Source: Diplonema japonicum
Lineage: Eukaryota > Protista > Euglenozoa: Diplonemea
Assembly (NCBI GenBank): GCA_964019335.1
Contig: OZ025716.1
Location: 429,232-493,231 of the forward strand
Direction: 5' to 3'
Length of the DNA stretch: 64,000 bases
The position numbers and the translations under genes were made by a program. The notes beneath the pieces are model-generated. The model had not been told where the DNA came from and searched no databases. It worked only from the letters and a program-made list of their open reading frames with translations. Position 1 is the first letter of the stretch. Every line of letters starts with the position of its first letter. Below, one piece after another: positions 1 through 10,127 of this stretch.

Positions 1-631
1 GAACCGAAGTGGAAGCAGGAACGTATGAAGAAGACCACCGCACAACACAACAACAACAACACTACAGAACGGCCTGGCAATCCATTCCTGCGGCCGGACC
101 CCTGGCAGATGAGTGATGAAGGGAGAGACGCCAGCAAGAAGTACACAATGGAAGAGATGCAGGAGCGTTACGGTGAGGCACCGCACCCCAATCCGTATGC
201 CGTGATTTTAAATTAAACTCACATAATAATTCCCCCAGGACCGACGATGGGTATCTGCCTGTGGACAAGGTGCCTGATTTGTACAAGTTTGGTCAGGAGG
301 TGTGAAGAGAATGAAAAGAAAAAAAAGAAGAAACACACACACACACACACAACAGGGAGATAAAATACCCGGCTTAGTAATCATGAAAGACCAGCAAACA
401 CCCGTTATAAGAAAGCTGGAGGACTACCCTGGAATCTGGTACTTTCTTGACGGTCACAACACCCACCGAGCGATCCAGGACTGGGAAAAACAGGCCGAGA
501 CAGGGAACATGCTTCCTTGGGACAACACATTCCGTCGGCACAAGCTGCACTTCCGTCTGAGGTACAAAGCCATTGCCATGTCATACGGCCCTGCCGGGCC
601 CAAGAAGAGCAAAACAAAGCGTGGGAAATAG
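1..631 (+). CDS. Intron-containing gene (start uncertain, possibly 5'-partial); possible mitochondrial ribosomal protein mL54 (L37-like)
   Basis: GT-AG introns at 195-238 and 300-355 join the frames of ORFs 25..216 and 302..631. The segment IPGLVIMKDQQTPVIRKLEDYPGIWYFL resembles the mL54 motif GLNIxKxxxDPxxxxxxEYPxWLW. Confidence 0.45.
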
Positions 632-1012
632 TGATCAGCACGCGTATAACAGGGGGGGGGAGATCGAGTGTTCTTTTTTTTTTTTTTTTTTTCCTTCATT
701 TTATTATTTCGTTCGTATTTTTCTTTTTCTCGGTTTTTGCACCCCCTCTTTTTTTTTTTTTCCCGCTGATCTCTTTTCTTAGGTTGTTTTTTTTGGGGGG
801 GGGTGGCTCCAGTTCGACTACCGCCTGAAGGCTTTTGCATTCCTGAGAACGACAGAAAAATGTTCCTCGGGGCCAGGCGACGCACATACGCACCTTAAAA
901 GCGTACAAGGACGCTTCGCCCATGTCAGGCGAAAGCCCCAAGTTTTTAATAGAAATTCCAAACGTAGTTTTTACCCATCTCGCATAAAAGGAAGAAGAAG
1001 AAAGGCAACTAA

Positions 1013-1384
1013 ATGTCGTCGCTCACACAGAGGTTCGATGCCCTCGAAGAAGCCAAGAGCAACATGACCGCGCAGGAGTACAACGAAGCTGGGACACTGC
1101 TAATGGAGAAACATGGCTTTTGCAGCGAAAACTGTTTGCAGCTTGCCAGGATGGGTGTGCTGGAGGGCGTGGAGGCGGAGCTGGAGAAGATCGCGCAACA
1201 GAACCCGAAAGACAAGCACGAGGCATGTATGCAACTCGCTCTATCTCTTGTGAGCTGCCCGTCCTCCAAGGAAGCCTCGGTTACATCAGCTCTTCACAGC
1301 ATTGCGAGACTTGCCCCCATACTTTCCCAAGAGACGCTTGCCTCCGTTAGGAAGGAGGTCCTTTTCTCAGTTTGTGAAAAATGA
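1013..1384 (+). CDS. Hypothetical helical protein (123 aa)
   Basis: ATG-started ORF with coding-like composition between AT-rich spacers; no motif recognised. Confidence 0.55.
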   Translation: MSSLTQRFDALEEAKSNMTAQEYNEAGTLLMEKHGFCSENCLQLARMGVLEGVEAELEKIAQQNPKDKHEACMQLALSLVSCPSSKEASVTSALHSIARLAPILSQETLASVRKEVLFSVCEK

Positions 1385-1540
1385 AACTTTGTGGCGCTTT
1401 AACAAGCTGCCCCTCTTCGTTTTCCTTTTGAATCGTCGATTGTATAATACTCATTACTCATTGCCGCTCCGGTTACTTTCTCTCAAATCAACTTTTAACT
1501 TTTTTATTGTTGCATATGACTCATCGCACTTGTGCAGGAT

Positions 1541-1903
1541 ATGTCTAGCACAGAAGATTTGTCGGAGGTGAAGATCCTCCTCAGCCACATCATCCACCCG
1601 TCCCTCAAGGGCGGGTCAATGGTCCCCTACACCTACCGTGCCTACGCATTCGACGATGTCCCCGGTGCGGGGCTCCTTACACTCGTGTCCCTGCTGGCTG
1701 GGATCGCTGGGCTTATTGCCCGAAGCAGCCTTTGCTCGTGGCTCGCCTTCTTCAGCATCTTAAGTAGTGTTGTGGACACCCGACAGTCCGAACGCGACAT
1801 GAAGCTCATCTGCATCTGCAGCACACTGGCAGTCATGGGGCTCGTCATTGACTATCTGCTGGCCTGGCCTGAGTTCGTGTGGTGGCCTTTGGTGGTATTG
1901 TAA
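1541..1903 (+). CDS. Asterix/WDR83OS (UPF0139)-like small membrane protein, PAT complex subunit
   Basis: Three hydrophobic segments. The pattern LLAGIAGLIARSSLCSWLAFFSILSSVVDTRQSERDMKLI matches the Asterix layout (GLxxKxKxCxW..FxNxxxxExDxKQ). Confidence 0.6.
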   Translation: MSSTEDLSEVKILLSHIIHPSLKGGSMVPYTYRAYAFDDVPGAGLLTLVSLLAGIAGLIARSSLCSWLAFFSILSSVVDTRQSERDMKLICICSTLAVMGLVIDYLLAWPEFVWWPLVVL

Positions 1904-2019
1904 ATAAGAATGGGACAGGATGAAGAAACATACGATATGAAAATAAGGTTATACGTTTTGATTTTCTGACGCTTGTATTTTTATCATCACAACAACAGGT
2001 CTTGCACCACAACAACACC

Positions 2020-5000
2020 ATGCTTCTCGTCACGCTGGCTGCCGTGGCCGGGATCCCTCTCTTGAATATCACAACGGGGTCGAACTGGCCTGCCCCCAAC
2101 GGGGGCCTCTTCCCGGGTGACGTGCGGGCGAAGGTGGTTGTCCCGAAGAGCACCGGCGGAAAGGTGACGAGCCAGGTGCAGGTGTGGTGGCGGAGGTCTG
2201 ACGCGGGCCCCGACAACAAGGGGGTGATGGTGATGGACAGCAGCAACAAGGCCCTCGAGGTGACGGTGACGTACGCCACGAGGGACTGCGGGGTGATGGA
2301 TGTGACACACGAGGACGACGGGACCCCCTTTTACGTGTACTGGCTTCCCCACTACCAGTCGGGTGGCGGGGCCAACCTCCACTTCCACTGGTACAACTGC
2401 ACGGAGCAAACGAGGGCGTGCGTCTTGAATTCCGAGCCGACGACGACCGCGACGTGCAGTGCGGTGACACCTGGGGCCTCGTTCGTGCAGGGGATCGAGA
2501 ACAGGCCGAACAACAGGGCGTCTCGGGACCACACCCCGGATGGGCACGCCTTCCACGGGTTCACCCCTCTCGAGCTGACCGCGACGGCACAGGAGATGGA
2601 GGCCCACCACAGCTGGCTTCGGGAAGCAGGCACGACGGTGTCGCTGTTCATGGAGAGCAGGAGGAACCATGCTCGCCTCTTCAACTACCTCCCCGCTCTG
2701 TGGGCCAGAAAGAACAACCAGACCAGCTTGGTGGTGAGCGCTGCCCCCGGGGAGTACCTCACCTACCAGGTGGGGTTGTACTCTGCCCAGGGGACCGTGA
2801 ACGTGACCGGCGTGACCTTCTCTCCCCTCACCTCCTCTGGTAGCGCTCCCACCATCCCCTCCTCCGTGCAGACCTGCTTCAACCTCGGAGGAACAAGTCA
2901 AACAGGTGAACCGTTCAAAAAGCAGTTCTTCGTGAAGGAGCAGAAGGTTGGGGTGATGTGGATGGGGGTACAGATCCCGACAACCGCAACCGGGTCCTTC
3001 ACGGGGACGGTGCAGGTGAGCACGGGCGGGGGCAGCCCCCTCCCTCCCTTGTCCGTGACCGTGAAGGTGGAAGGGCAGGCTGTGGATGACCAAGGAGACA
3101 GCGACATCTACGGGATGAGCAGGCTGAGGTGGCTGGACTCCACCCTGGGCCACGACGACAGCGTGACCTCCCCGTACACACCGATGACGTACACGACGAA
3201 CGCTTACGGCATCCTCCTCAGCCTCCTGAACAAGCAGGTGCAGGTCGGTGTGGACGGGATGCCCATGCAGGCGACGGTGACGACGGTGAAGACGCGCCTT
3301 GGGAAGCAGGTGAATGTTGAGACGATGGCGATGGCCTCCCCGATGAAGTTCGTGGTGAAGGACACAAACGGTGTTTCTCTGAAGCTGAACGCTGGGGGCG
3401 TGAAGGTTGTGAGCCACACAGACGCGGCTGTGGCGTGGGAGGCGACGATGACGGCGACGGCGACGAGCGGAAGCGTGAACCTGGTTGTGAGGGGAACGGC
3501 ACACTTTGACTCCTACATCGAGATGTCGATGGTGATCTCTGGGACCGCTGCTGTCGGGGACATCCAGCTCCAGGCGGCTCCCAAGGATGCAGGGTACATG
3601 GCCGGTTGGGGCTTGAGCGGGACTACCTTCCAAGACCTTGAGTGGCGGTGGACGACCGACAAACATGACTGCGCGGTGTGGGCGGGCGGCGCCGATGCAG
3701 GGTTCATGCTCAAGATCAAGGGGGCTGGTGACGAGTGGAACAACCCCTTGTACAGCAAGGACCAGCCGGAGATCCCTTTCATCCCCACCTCGTGGGGTGG
3801 TGCGAACTCCACGAACGGTGCCTACGGAGCAAATATCACGAACGGGGTCGCGGTTGCGTTCAGCGGCCCCAGGCAGTCGCTCAGCAAGCCCGTGACATTC
3901 TTGTTCGACGTCGCCTTCACGCCTGCTAAGCCCTTCAACATCACGACACACTTCGGCGAGAGGTACTTCCAGGTCGGCTACGGGACGCAGTACATCTCGC
4001 CGCAGGATATTGCCGCCAAGGGCGCCACCGTTGTGACGCTTCATCAGGGAACACCCGATGTGGTGAACGACACCCTTGTGAACCCTTACATCAACTACCC
4101 CTTTGTCCCCGACACCGTGGAGCTCATGGAGAACTACTCCTCGCAGGCACACGCTCTGGGAATGCGGATGAAGTACTACTACACAGTGAGGGAGCTGAGC
4201 AACCACGCTGTTGAGTTGTATGCTTTGATGTCCCTGCAAGGGGAGATCCTCACCGACACTGACCCGTACGTCGAGCCGCAGTCCGGGTACTGCCAAGATT
4301 GGGATTGCCACGGGGGAGACGTGTACCTCCACGAGCACCTGGGAACGAACTACACCTACTGCTGGCAGCAATCCCTTTCGAATGGGGACTGGGACGCGGC
4401 CGTGTGTGACAAGGGCTCGACAAGGTGGTTCAACTACTACATCGAAGGCTTGGCGTGGGCTGTGAGCAAGGCCCCGCACGTAGACGGCGTTTACTTCGAC
4501 GGGATCAACTTCGACCACAAGTCAATGAGGAGATTCCGCAAGGTCCTTGACAAGTCAGCCACGGGGAAGCAGTTCAGCCCTCTCGTCGACATCCACACGG
4601 GGAACTTGGGGCCCAAATCGCCCCCTTCGTGCCTGTACATCGCTTACTACGCCCACGCCAACACCCTGTGGAACGGTGAAGGCTTCCAGTTCAGCAACGG
4701 GGAACCGTACTGGTTCGCCGACTACTCTGGCGTGCCGTTCGGTGTGGCGGTCGACAGGCTTGGGGGCAGCACGAACGACAACTTCCGTGGGATGCTGTAC
4801 GGGACGACACAGAGGAACACGGGGATCGCGTCTTCTCTGTGGAGCTTCTGGGACACGTACAAGATCCAGGAGACGGCGATGTTCGGATACTGGGAACCTG
4901 CAGCAGACCTTCCCTTCACGCTGGACATCCCGGCAGGGACGCAGATCAAGGTGACAACGTTTCTGAAGTACTCCGAGTTCGCGATTGTGGTGGTGGCTTC

Positions 5001-5181
5001 ATGGGAGGGCGGCGATGTGGATGTGAAGGTTGTCGGAAACAGCACCGCACTGGGCGGGAGCCCTGTCACGGCGGTCGCTCCTGCTATCTCGGGGCTGCAG
5101 TCCCAGGCGGCGCACGGGAACCTTGCGGCACCCATCAAGGTGGCGGGCAATGCAGGTGTCATCTTGTACGTCACGTTGTGA
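2020..5181 (+). CDS. Secreted DUF6067 / GH123-like glycoside hydrolase, copy 1
   Basis: ~1053 aa intronless ORF with signal-peptide-like N-terminus. Motifs WRRSDAGPDNK, RLRWLDSTLG, NPYINYPF, KYYYTVRELSN, DGVYFDG and VDIHTG are characteristic of bacterial DUF6067 proteins. Confidence 0.75.
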   Translation: MLLVTLAAVAGIPLLNITTGSNWPAPNGGLFPGDVRAKVVVPKSTGGKVTSQVQVWWRRSDAGPDNKGVMVMDSSNKALEVTVTYATRDCGVMDVTHEDDGTPFYVYWLPHYQSGGGANLHFHWYNCTEQTRACVLNSEPTTTATCSAVTPGASFVQGIENRPNNRASRDHTPDGHAFHGFTPLELTATAQEMEAHHSWLREAGTTVSLFMESRRNHARLFNYLPALWARKNNQTSLVVSAAPGEYLTYQVGLYSAQGTVNVTGVTFSPLTSSGSAPTIPSSVQTCFNLGGTSQTGEPFKKQFFVKEQKVGVMWMGVQIPTTATGSFTGTVQVSTGGGSPLPPLSVTVKVEGQAVDDQGDSDIYGMSRLRWLDSTLGHDDSVTSPYTPMTYTTNAYGILLSLLNKQVQVGVDGMPMQATVTTVKTRLGKQVNVETMAMASPMKFVVKDTNGVSLKLNAGGVKVVSHTDAAVAWEATMTATATSGSVNLVVRGTAHFDSYIEMSMVISGTAAVGDIQLQAAPKDAGYMAGWGLSGTTFQDLEWRWTTDKHDCAVWAGGADAGFMLKIKGAGDEWNNPLYSKDQPEIPFIPTSWGGANSTNGAYGANITNGVAVAFSGPRQSLSKPVTFLFDVAFTPAKPFNITTHFGERYFQVGYGTQYISPQDIAAKGATVVTLHQGTPDVVNDTLVNPYINYPFVPDTVELMENYSSQAHALGMRMKYYYTVRELSNHAVELYALMSLQGEILTDTDPYVEPQSGYCQDWDCHGGDVYLHEHLGTNYTYCWQQSLSNGDWDAAVCDKGSTRWFNYYIEGLAWAVSKAPHVDGVYFDGINFDHKSMRRFRKVLDKSATGKQFSPLVDIHTGNLGPKSPPSCLYIAYYAHANTLWNGEGFQFSNGEPYWFADYSGVPFGVAVDRLGGSTNDNFRGMLYGTTQRNTGIASSLWSFWDTYKIQETAMFGYWEPAADLPFTLDIPAGTQIKVTTFLKYSEFAIVVVASWEGGDVDVKVVGNSTALGGSPVTAVAPAISGLQSQAAHGNLAAPIKVAGNAGVILYVTL

Positions 5182-5839
5182 GCAAGAAACAGCGGCACAG
5201 TGTTCTTTTCTTTTTTCGAATGCACGATCCCCTCGTTCATTGTGCGTCTTTCTTCTTCTTTTTTCTAACGTCCGGCGAAGATGCTGATACATGGGAATCA
5301 AGAACCATTTGGCACATGATAGCTTTTCTTGTCCCTCTCCTCCAATCTTCCCTCTTTTTCATAATGTTCCGACGTTTTGTTTTTTATCGTTTTCTTTCTT
5401 CATTCATTCATCCTCGTTTTTTTGTTAAGAAAAGAATCTGTTATTACAGTCGAAGTTCTTTGCTTTGCCGCAGTTATCCCTGTTGGTCCACCCTGAGCAA
5501 TGGATGATACGGTGGCTTTGAAGAATACAGGCTAGAAGAAACTATGTTATTCCATTTTCTTTGGGGTTCATCAGGCTTTAAGATTCCTCGATCAAGTGTT
5601 TTTTATGTTTTTGATGTGTTGATTGTTTCCTTTTTTTCCACCCCTTCCTCAAAGCAAGGGAGAGAGGACTTAAAAGATGGCCCCCAAAGAGCCAAGGTAG
5701 CTTTGCTTTTCTTCGTAGTCGATCCTTTTCCAGACTAGCGGACGCGAGACCTTTCTTTTGTGGTTGTGCTCCATTTCGTTACTTTGTCAGCTCTACATTT
5801 CTTCCGGGCAGCATTCTTGCAGGTTTCCACAAAAAGAAG

Positions 5840-7072
5840 ATGAGGGAGATTGTCACGATTCAGATCGGTGGATGCGGTGTAAGGATGGGGTCGAGGTTCT
5901 GGGGGGAGGTCATAGAGGAGCGGGGCATCACGCGGGATGGAGAGGGCTTGACCAGCATGGAGAACGGGAGGCTGTTTGAGGAAGGAAAGAACGGGCGGTT
6001 GGTACCGAGGAGCATCATGCTGGACACAGACCCCGCCACCATCGACATCCTGGAAGGGTGTTCGCTGGGTTCCCTGTTCAGGCCTGACTACAACATTCGG
6101 GGCAGTGGCGGGACGGGGAATTTGTATGCTGTGGGACGGTATGAGTGCTCGGATGTGAGGGATCAGGCACTGGATGTTCTTCGGAGGCAGGTTGAGACTT
6201 GTGATCGGTTGGAAGGCTTCCAGCTGTGCCACTCGCTGTGTGGTGGAACAGGGTCTGGAGTGACGCATGCGTTGCTCGAGGACCTGAGGCAGTGCTACAG
6301 TGACAAGGTGGTGACGACGTACACACACACCGACGCAACCCCGAGGGAAGGGTGGAGCACTGTGCAGACCTACAACATGGTGCTTGGGACAAATCCGCTG
6401 GTGGAATATGCAGACATGACAGTGTACCTGGATGGTGTGTTGATGAGGAACCAGGCGGTGCAGCAAGGGACGAAGTGCTTCGCCCCAGCAGGCAAGCTCA
6501 TCAACACGGTCTGCTCAGCCGACACCAACATGAGGAAGATCGCAACGAATTTGATCCCCTTTCCGAGAATACACTTCTTGACCCCCAGCTACTCCACACC
6601 CGCACCTCACGATGACAGCTCTTGTGACACCCTCATGCACAGGGTGGCTGCGAGGCAGAGTTTCCTATTCCCCGGGGCCGATAACTGTGCCACCACAGCG
6701 GCTGTGTTCTTGAGGGGCCCTGACGTAACCGCCCACGATCTGGCTTGCGCCAGCAGGTATACGAGATCACAGGTGAACAGTGGTGGGGCAGGGTCGTGGC
6801 TTCCTGACAAGATCTATGCCGCGTCTGGCAAGGCGGCCACCATGTCAGCCGCGCTTCTTGTCAACGAAGGACTGGCGGCCCGCACCCATATGTCAGCCCT
6901 AAGCTCACAGTTCTTCGCGCTCTTCCGCAGGAAAGCCTTTCTCCATTGGTATACTGAAAAAGGGATGGATGTGATGGAATTCGTAGAAGCTGAATCCAAC
7001 ATGAATGACACTGGCTCAGAGTACAACTGCTATCTTAACTGTGGAGACTGGAGCTCCGATGATGATGAGTAA
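5840..7072 (+). CDS. Divergent beta-tubulin-like protein, copy 1
   Basis: MREIV start, VPRSIMLD, EGFQLCHSLCGGTGSG, NLIPFPRIHF, FRRKAFLHWYTEKGMD..EAESNMND, acidic tail. Confidence 0.85.
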   Translation: MREIVTIQIGGCGVRMGSRFWGEVIEERGITRDGEGLTSMENGRLFEEGKNGRLVPRSIMLDTDPATIDILEGCSLGSLFRPDYNIRGSGGTGNLYAVGRYECSDVRDQALDVLRRQVETCDRLEGFQLCHSLCGGTGSGVTHALLEDLRQCYSDKVVTTYTHTDATPREGWSTVQTYNMVLGTNPLVEYADMTVYLDGVLMRNQAVQQGTKCFAPAGKLINTVCSADTNMRKIATNLIPFPRIHFLTPSYSTPAPHDDSSCDTLMHRVAARQSFLFPGADNCATTAAVFLRGPDVTAHDLACASRYTRSQVNSGGAGSWLPDKIYAASGKAATMSAALLVNEGLAARTHMSALSSQFFALFRRKAFLHWYTEKGMDVMEFVEAESNMNDTGSEYNCYLNCGDWSSDDDE

Positions 7073-8319
7073 GAGACGTCACAGCGATACGTGGTAAAGT
7101 CAAAAAGGTATATGAATATGAACCCCCCCCGATATTTTCTTCCAACTATTTAAGACATCTTGTTCTGCAAGTCTTCCTTTGAATACTCCTGTAGGTCAGG
7201 CACCTCCGAGTTTTCCACTCTTCGATACTCATTGTTTACTCCTTCTTCTTTTTTTTCTTGTTTCACGCCTTGTAACTCTAAAACCCGTCAAGCAAAGTCC
7301 GGAATGTTCTCTAGAGGCTATAGAAAGAACTTCCGAAAGACTTCCTTAAGTATTTCTGAAGATTTTAGAAAAGCATGACATTGAGGCATTCATTGGAGGA
7401 CCCGTCTGATTACATTTCGTAAAGCAGATTTTGAAAAGGAATTTGCACTCCAACTGCTCAGAGGAGTTTTTCATTTTTTGGTGGGCTATTGCTAACCACT
7501 TCGTTCTGAATTCTTTTTGCAGTTCTCTTGCATGGTGCCTTATAGAACCTTTCAACATCCTACTCCACGGATCTTGGTGGAGCAGCATACAGCCCTGTAA
7601 TACTGCGGTTCAAGTCCGGGGTGCTGCAGTTATAAGAAAACAGATCGATATTGCAGGCGATTTTGTATGTGCGCAACGATTTGAGTTCATTCCCGCCAGC
7701 AATTTTCTCAGTTGAAAACAGGTTTTAGATATGAGGCTTATGTTAACATTTCTAGTGATTACGCAATGACGGCATTTGTTAGGGTAGAACGACGCTTGTC
7801 GTGTTGACAACGGAGCACCAAAATTATTTTCTTTTTTCTTTGGTGGGTAGTTGCTTTACACATTCTTCCCCGTATTTACGAATCCTCTTTCCTGACCCTA
7901 GCCTTGTAGTGACAGCACACCGCCGTTCTTGCGTGTTCATGTCGTATCTCAGGTTCCTATTATTTATTACGCTCCATATTCGCTAAGTGACCCGCCCAAT
8001 GTCCCAAAGGGGTTATAGGGGGCTATAGGGGAAAAAATGTCAAAAATGCCCAAAGGTTCATTGAATTTTTTTTCCAAAAATTCCATATGTCGAACATGAA
8101 AGAACGGTGAGTTCCAAGGAAGTTCCAAAAAAAATTTTCCAAAAAAAAAATATTGGGGGCCAACCAAAATGACCTTGGAAGTCGCCATGTTGGGTTTTGG
8201 CCATTTTTGCCAAACTTTTGCAACTGGGCACTTTTCCCTTTGAAAAACATGGTTAACAGGGTTCGATCCCAGAAGCCAGCATCTTCCTGACCAGTAGTTC
8301 AGCCGAAAATATTTTCGAA

Positions 8320-8398
8320 GGTGTAGTAGTCTAGTTGGGGGGGCTTTGCCCTGTACCAAGGCGAAGCGGGTTCAAGCCCCACTCCAGCGGATTTTTTT
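8320..8398 (+). other. Degenerate tRNA-like Pol III unit inside TIR element
   Basis: A-box-like TAGTCTAGTTGG (8327-8338), stem-loop TTGCC-CTGTACCAA-GGCGA, B-box GGTTCAAGCCC (8369-8379), then a T-run. Confidence 0.4.
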
Positions 8399-9766
8399 AG
8401 GCCCCCCACAGGGGAGAAACGGCAACCTGAACCGGTGTTTCCGCAAAAGCTTTTCGTAAGCTTGTGGGAGTCTAGTTGAAGAAAAGTGCAGTTTTGAGGG
8501 AAGGACAGCTCTTAACATTGTAAGATTGTTAGTTGTTAGTCAGTAAGCATAACAGTCCTGTCCTCTGCACTTCGGCCGTAATCACCAAATACAAATGGGT
8601 GGAGATGACGAGAAGGTCAAAGAGGGTTCCATAAGGGAGTTTATAGTTGAAGAGACAGATGCGCGTCTACGCCGTCCACCACAGGGCAACGTACAGTCCA
8701 AATGGAATGGCATAGTCATTTGAAAGTGACGTTGCCTTTGGGGCAGAAGTTATTTCTGCTTGGAAGGTACTTATGTGGGAATTACACCGATCACCGGTCA
8801 CGTTTGCGTTGGAAGATCCTTGACCTGCGTGCCCTGGTTTGATGACCAGCCTGAACGGAACGGAGACTATGAAACAAGCAGTGACGACGACCGGAGAATA
8901 CTTCCTACCTGAGAGCACACGGGCAACTCGAAGGGAAAGACCAAGCAAACCCTTCCAGCCAGCAGAGAGCCTCAGACAACGAGGACTCCAGATGGACAGG
9001 ATCGCGATAGCGGAGTACAGCCACAAGGAGCTCCACTACCGGGTCCACTACACAAAAGAGGGCAAGAAGTGAGATCTCAGAGCAGACGGAGTGGAAGTGC
9101 CATATGCAGGCAAAAACAAAGGATGGCACCCCAGCCTCATCTTGTACAAGAAGCACAAGACCGAGGAAGCAGGGGAGGGCCACCCGAGGCACAACAGAGG
9201 ACATGGACAACCTCCCCAACGCAGCAGCAACAACAGTAACAGCAGCAACAGCAGTAGCAGCAAAGACAGTAGCGACAACAGAAAGTAAAGAAGAAGACAT
9301 CAGTATCTCCTCTCCCTTCCTCCTCCTTCTCCCCTTCCTGCTGTTCTACTTCGGGTGGATCAAGCGTCTGAAGAAACAACAGATTTGACCCCTACTCTTC
9401 AGTGTACTAGAAACGTACACGACGCACCCCTGGAACAGAAACGGAAGGAAACGCTATGCACACCACCTGAGTGGTAGCTCAGGAAGCTACGACGGACCGA
9501 GGAAGACGACAGTCACCACAATAACTCGTACTAGACTTCGAGAACAGGGAAAGGGGTAGATAAGTAGAGATAAGTAGACAAGGACGTTCCAGAACAGGAA
9601 CCTCCTTTAGCTCATCTCTTATTCTGTGTTTATTTCATCACAGTGTTGATGGACTGAGGCACGTCGTGAGTGTGTATCGCAAGGATATCTGGTGTGAAAA
9701 GAAGGGAACCTACTCCACCCACTATGCCGGATGCGTGAGTAAAGATGGGGGGTCAGAGTTTTGAAT

Positions 9767-9842
9767 TCCTGTGTGGTAGAGTGGTTACCGTGCTCCCTTG
9801 TTCCAGGAGTCGCGGGTTCGAATCCCGACGCAGTGGTTTTTT
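9767..9842 (+). other. tRNA-like (pseudo-tRNA, GTT at the anticodon position) inside TIR element
   Basis: Folds by eye into a near cloverleaf: D-stem GGTA/TACC, anticodon arm CTCCC-TTGTTCC-AGGAG, T-arm GCGGG-TTCGAAT-CCCGA, followed by T6. Several stem mismatches. Confidence 0.55.
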
Positions 9843-10127
9843 CATCAGGGTTCGAACCCCACTTGTGCCGTGTTTTTTCCACCGGAGCTGCTTCATTTTG
9901 TATAGTACAAAGTAAGGCAAATCACCAAAAAAAATTTTATTACAAAAAAAAATTCCATATGTCGAACATTGGGCCCCGGACGCAAATAAATCCATTCCAA
10001 CCCTAGAAAAAGCAATTAGAAATTTTTTTAGCTCTTCAAAATGCGGTTTCTGGTGGGTCACTTAGCGAATATGGAGCGTTATTCTTTTTCAAATTCACAT
10101 TTTCCATGTACCACAGACACTTACACC

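Larger units (their letters stand above)
7970..10078 (+). mobile_element. Non-autonomous TIR DNA transposon (PIF/Harbinger-like TTA target duplication), copy 1
   Basis: Perfect 24-bp TIR CGCTCCATATTCGCTAAGTGACCC at 7970-7993, inverse at 10055-10078. TTA on both flanks (7967-7969, 10079-10081). Second copy inverted at 43659-45955. No transposase ORF inside. Confidence 0.85.

Noticed and set aside
1987-4518. 843-aa minus-strand ORF (and its twin at 10095-12626)
   Set aside because: Antisense shadow of the high-GC3 hydrolase gene; V/H/R/G-rich composition and no motifs.
7346-7715. Possible Tc1/mariner transposase relic on the minus strand (TPDLNR; ELQKEFRTKWLAI)
   Set aside because: Only weak resemblance across different frames; no DDE triad or TIRs found.
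8839-9288. Short ORFs inside the TIR element as a transposase or chromodomain
   Set aside because: Fragmented, frames differ between the two copies, no catalytic motifs.
9767-9836. Functional tRNA gene
   Set aside because: Mismatches in acceptor, anticodon and T stems, location inside a transposon, and a 13-nt indel between copies; kept only as tRNA-like.
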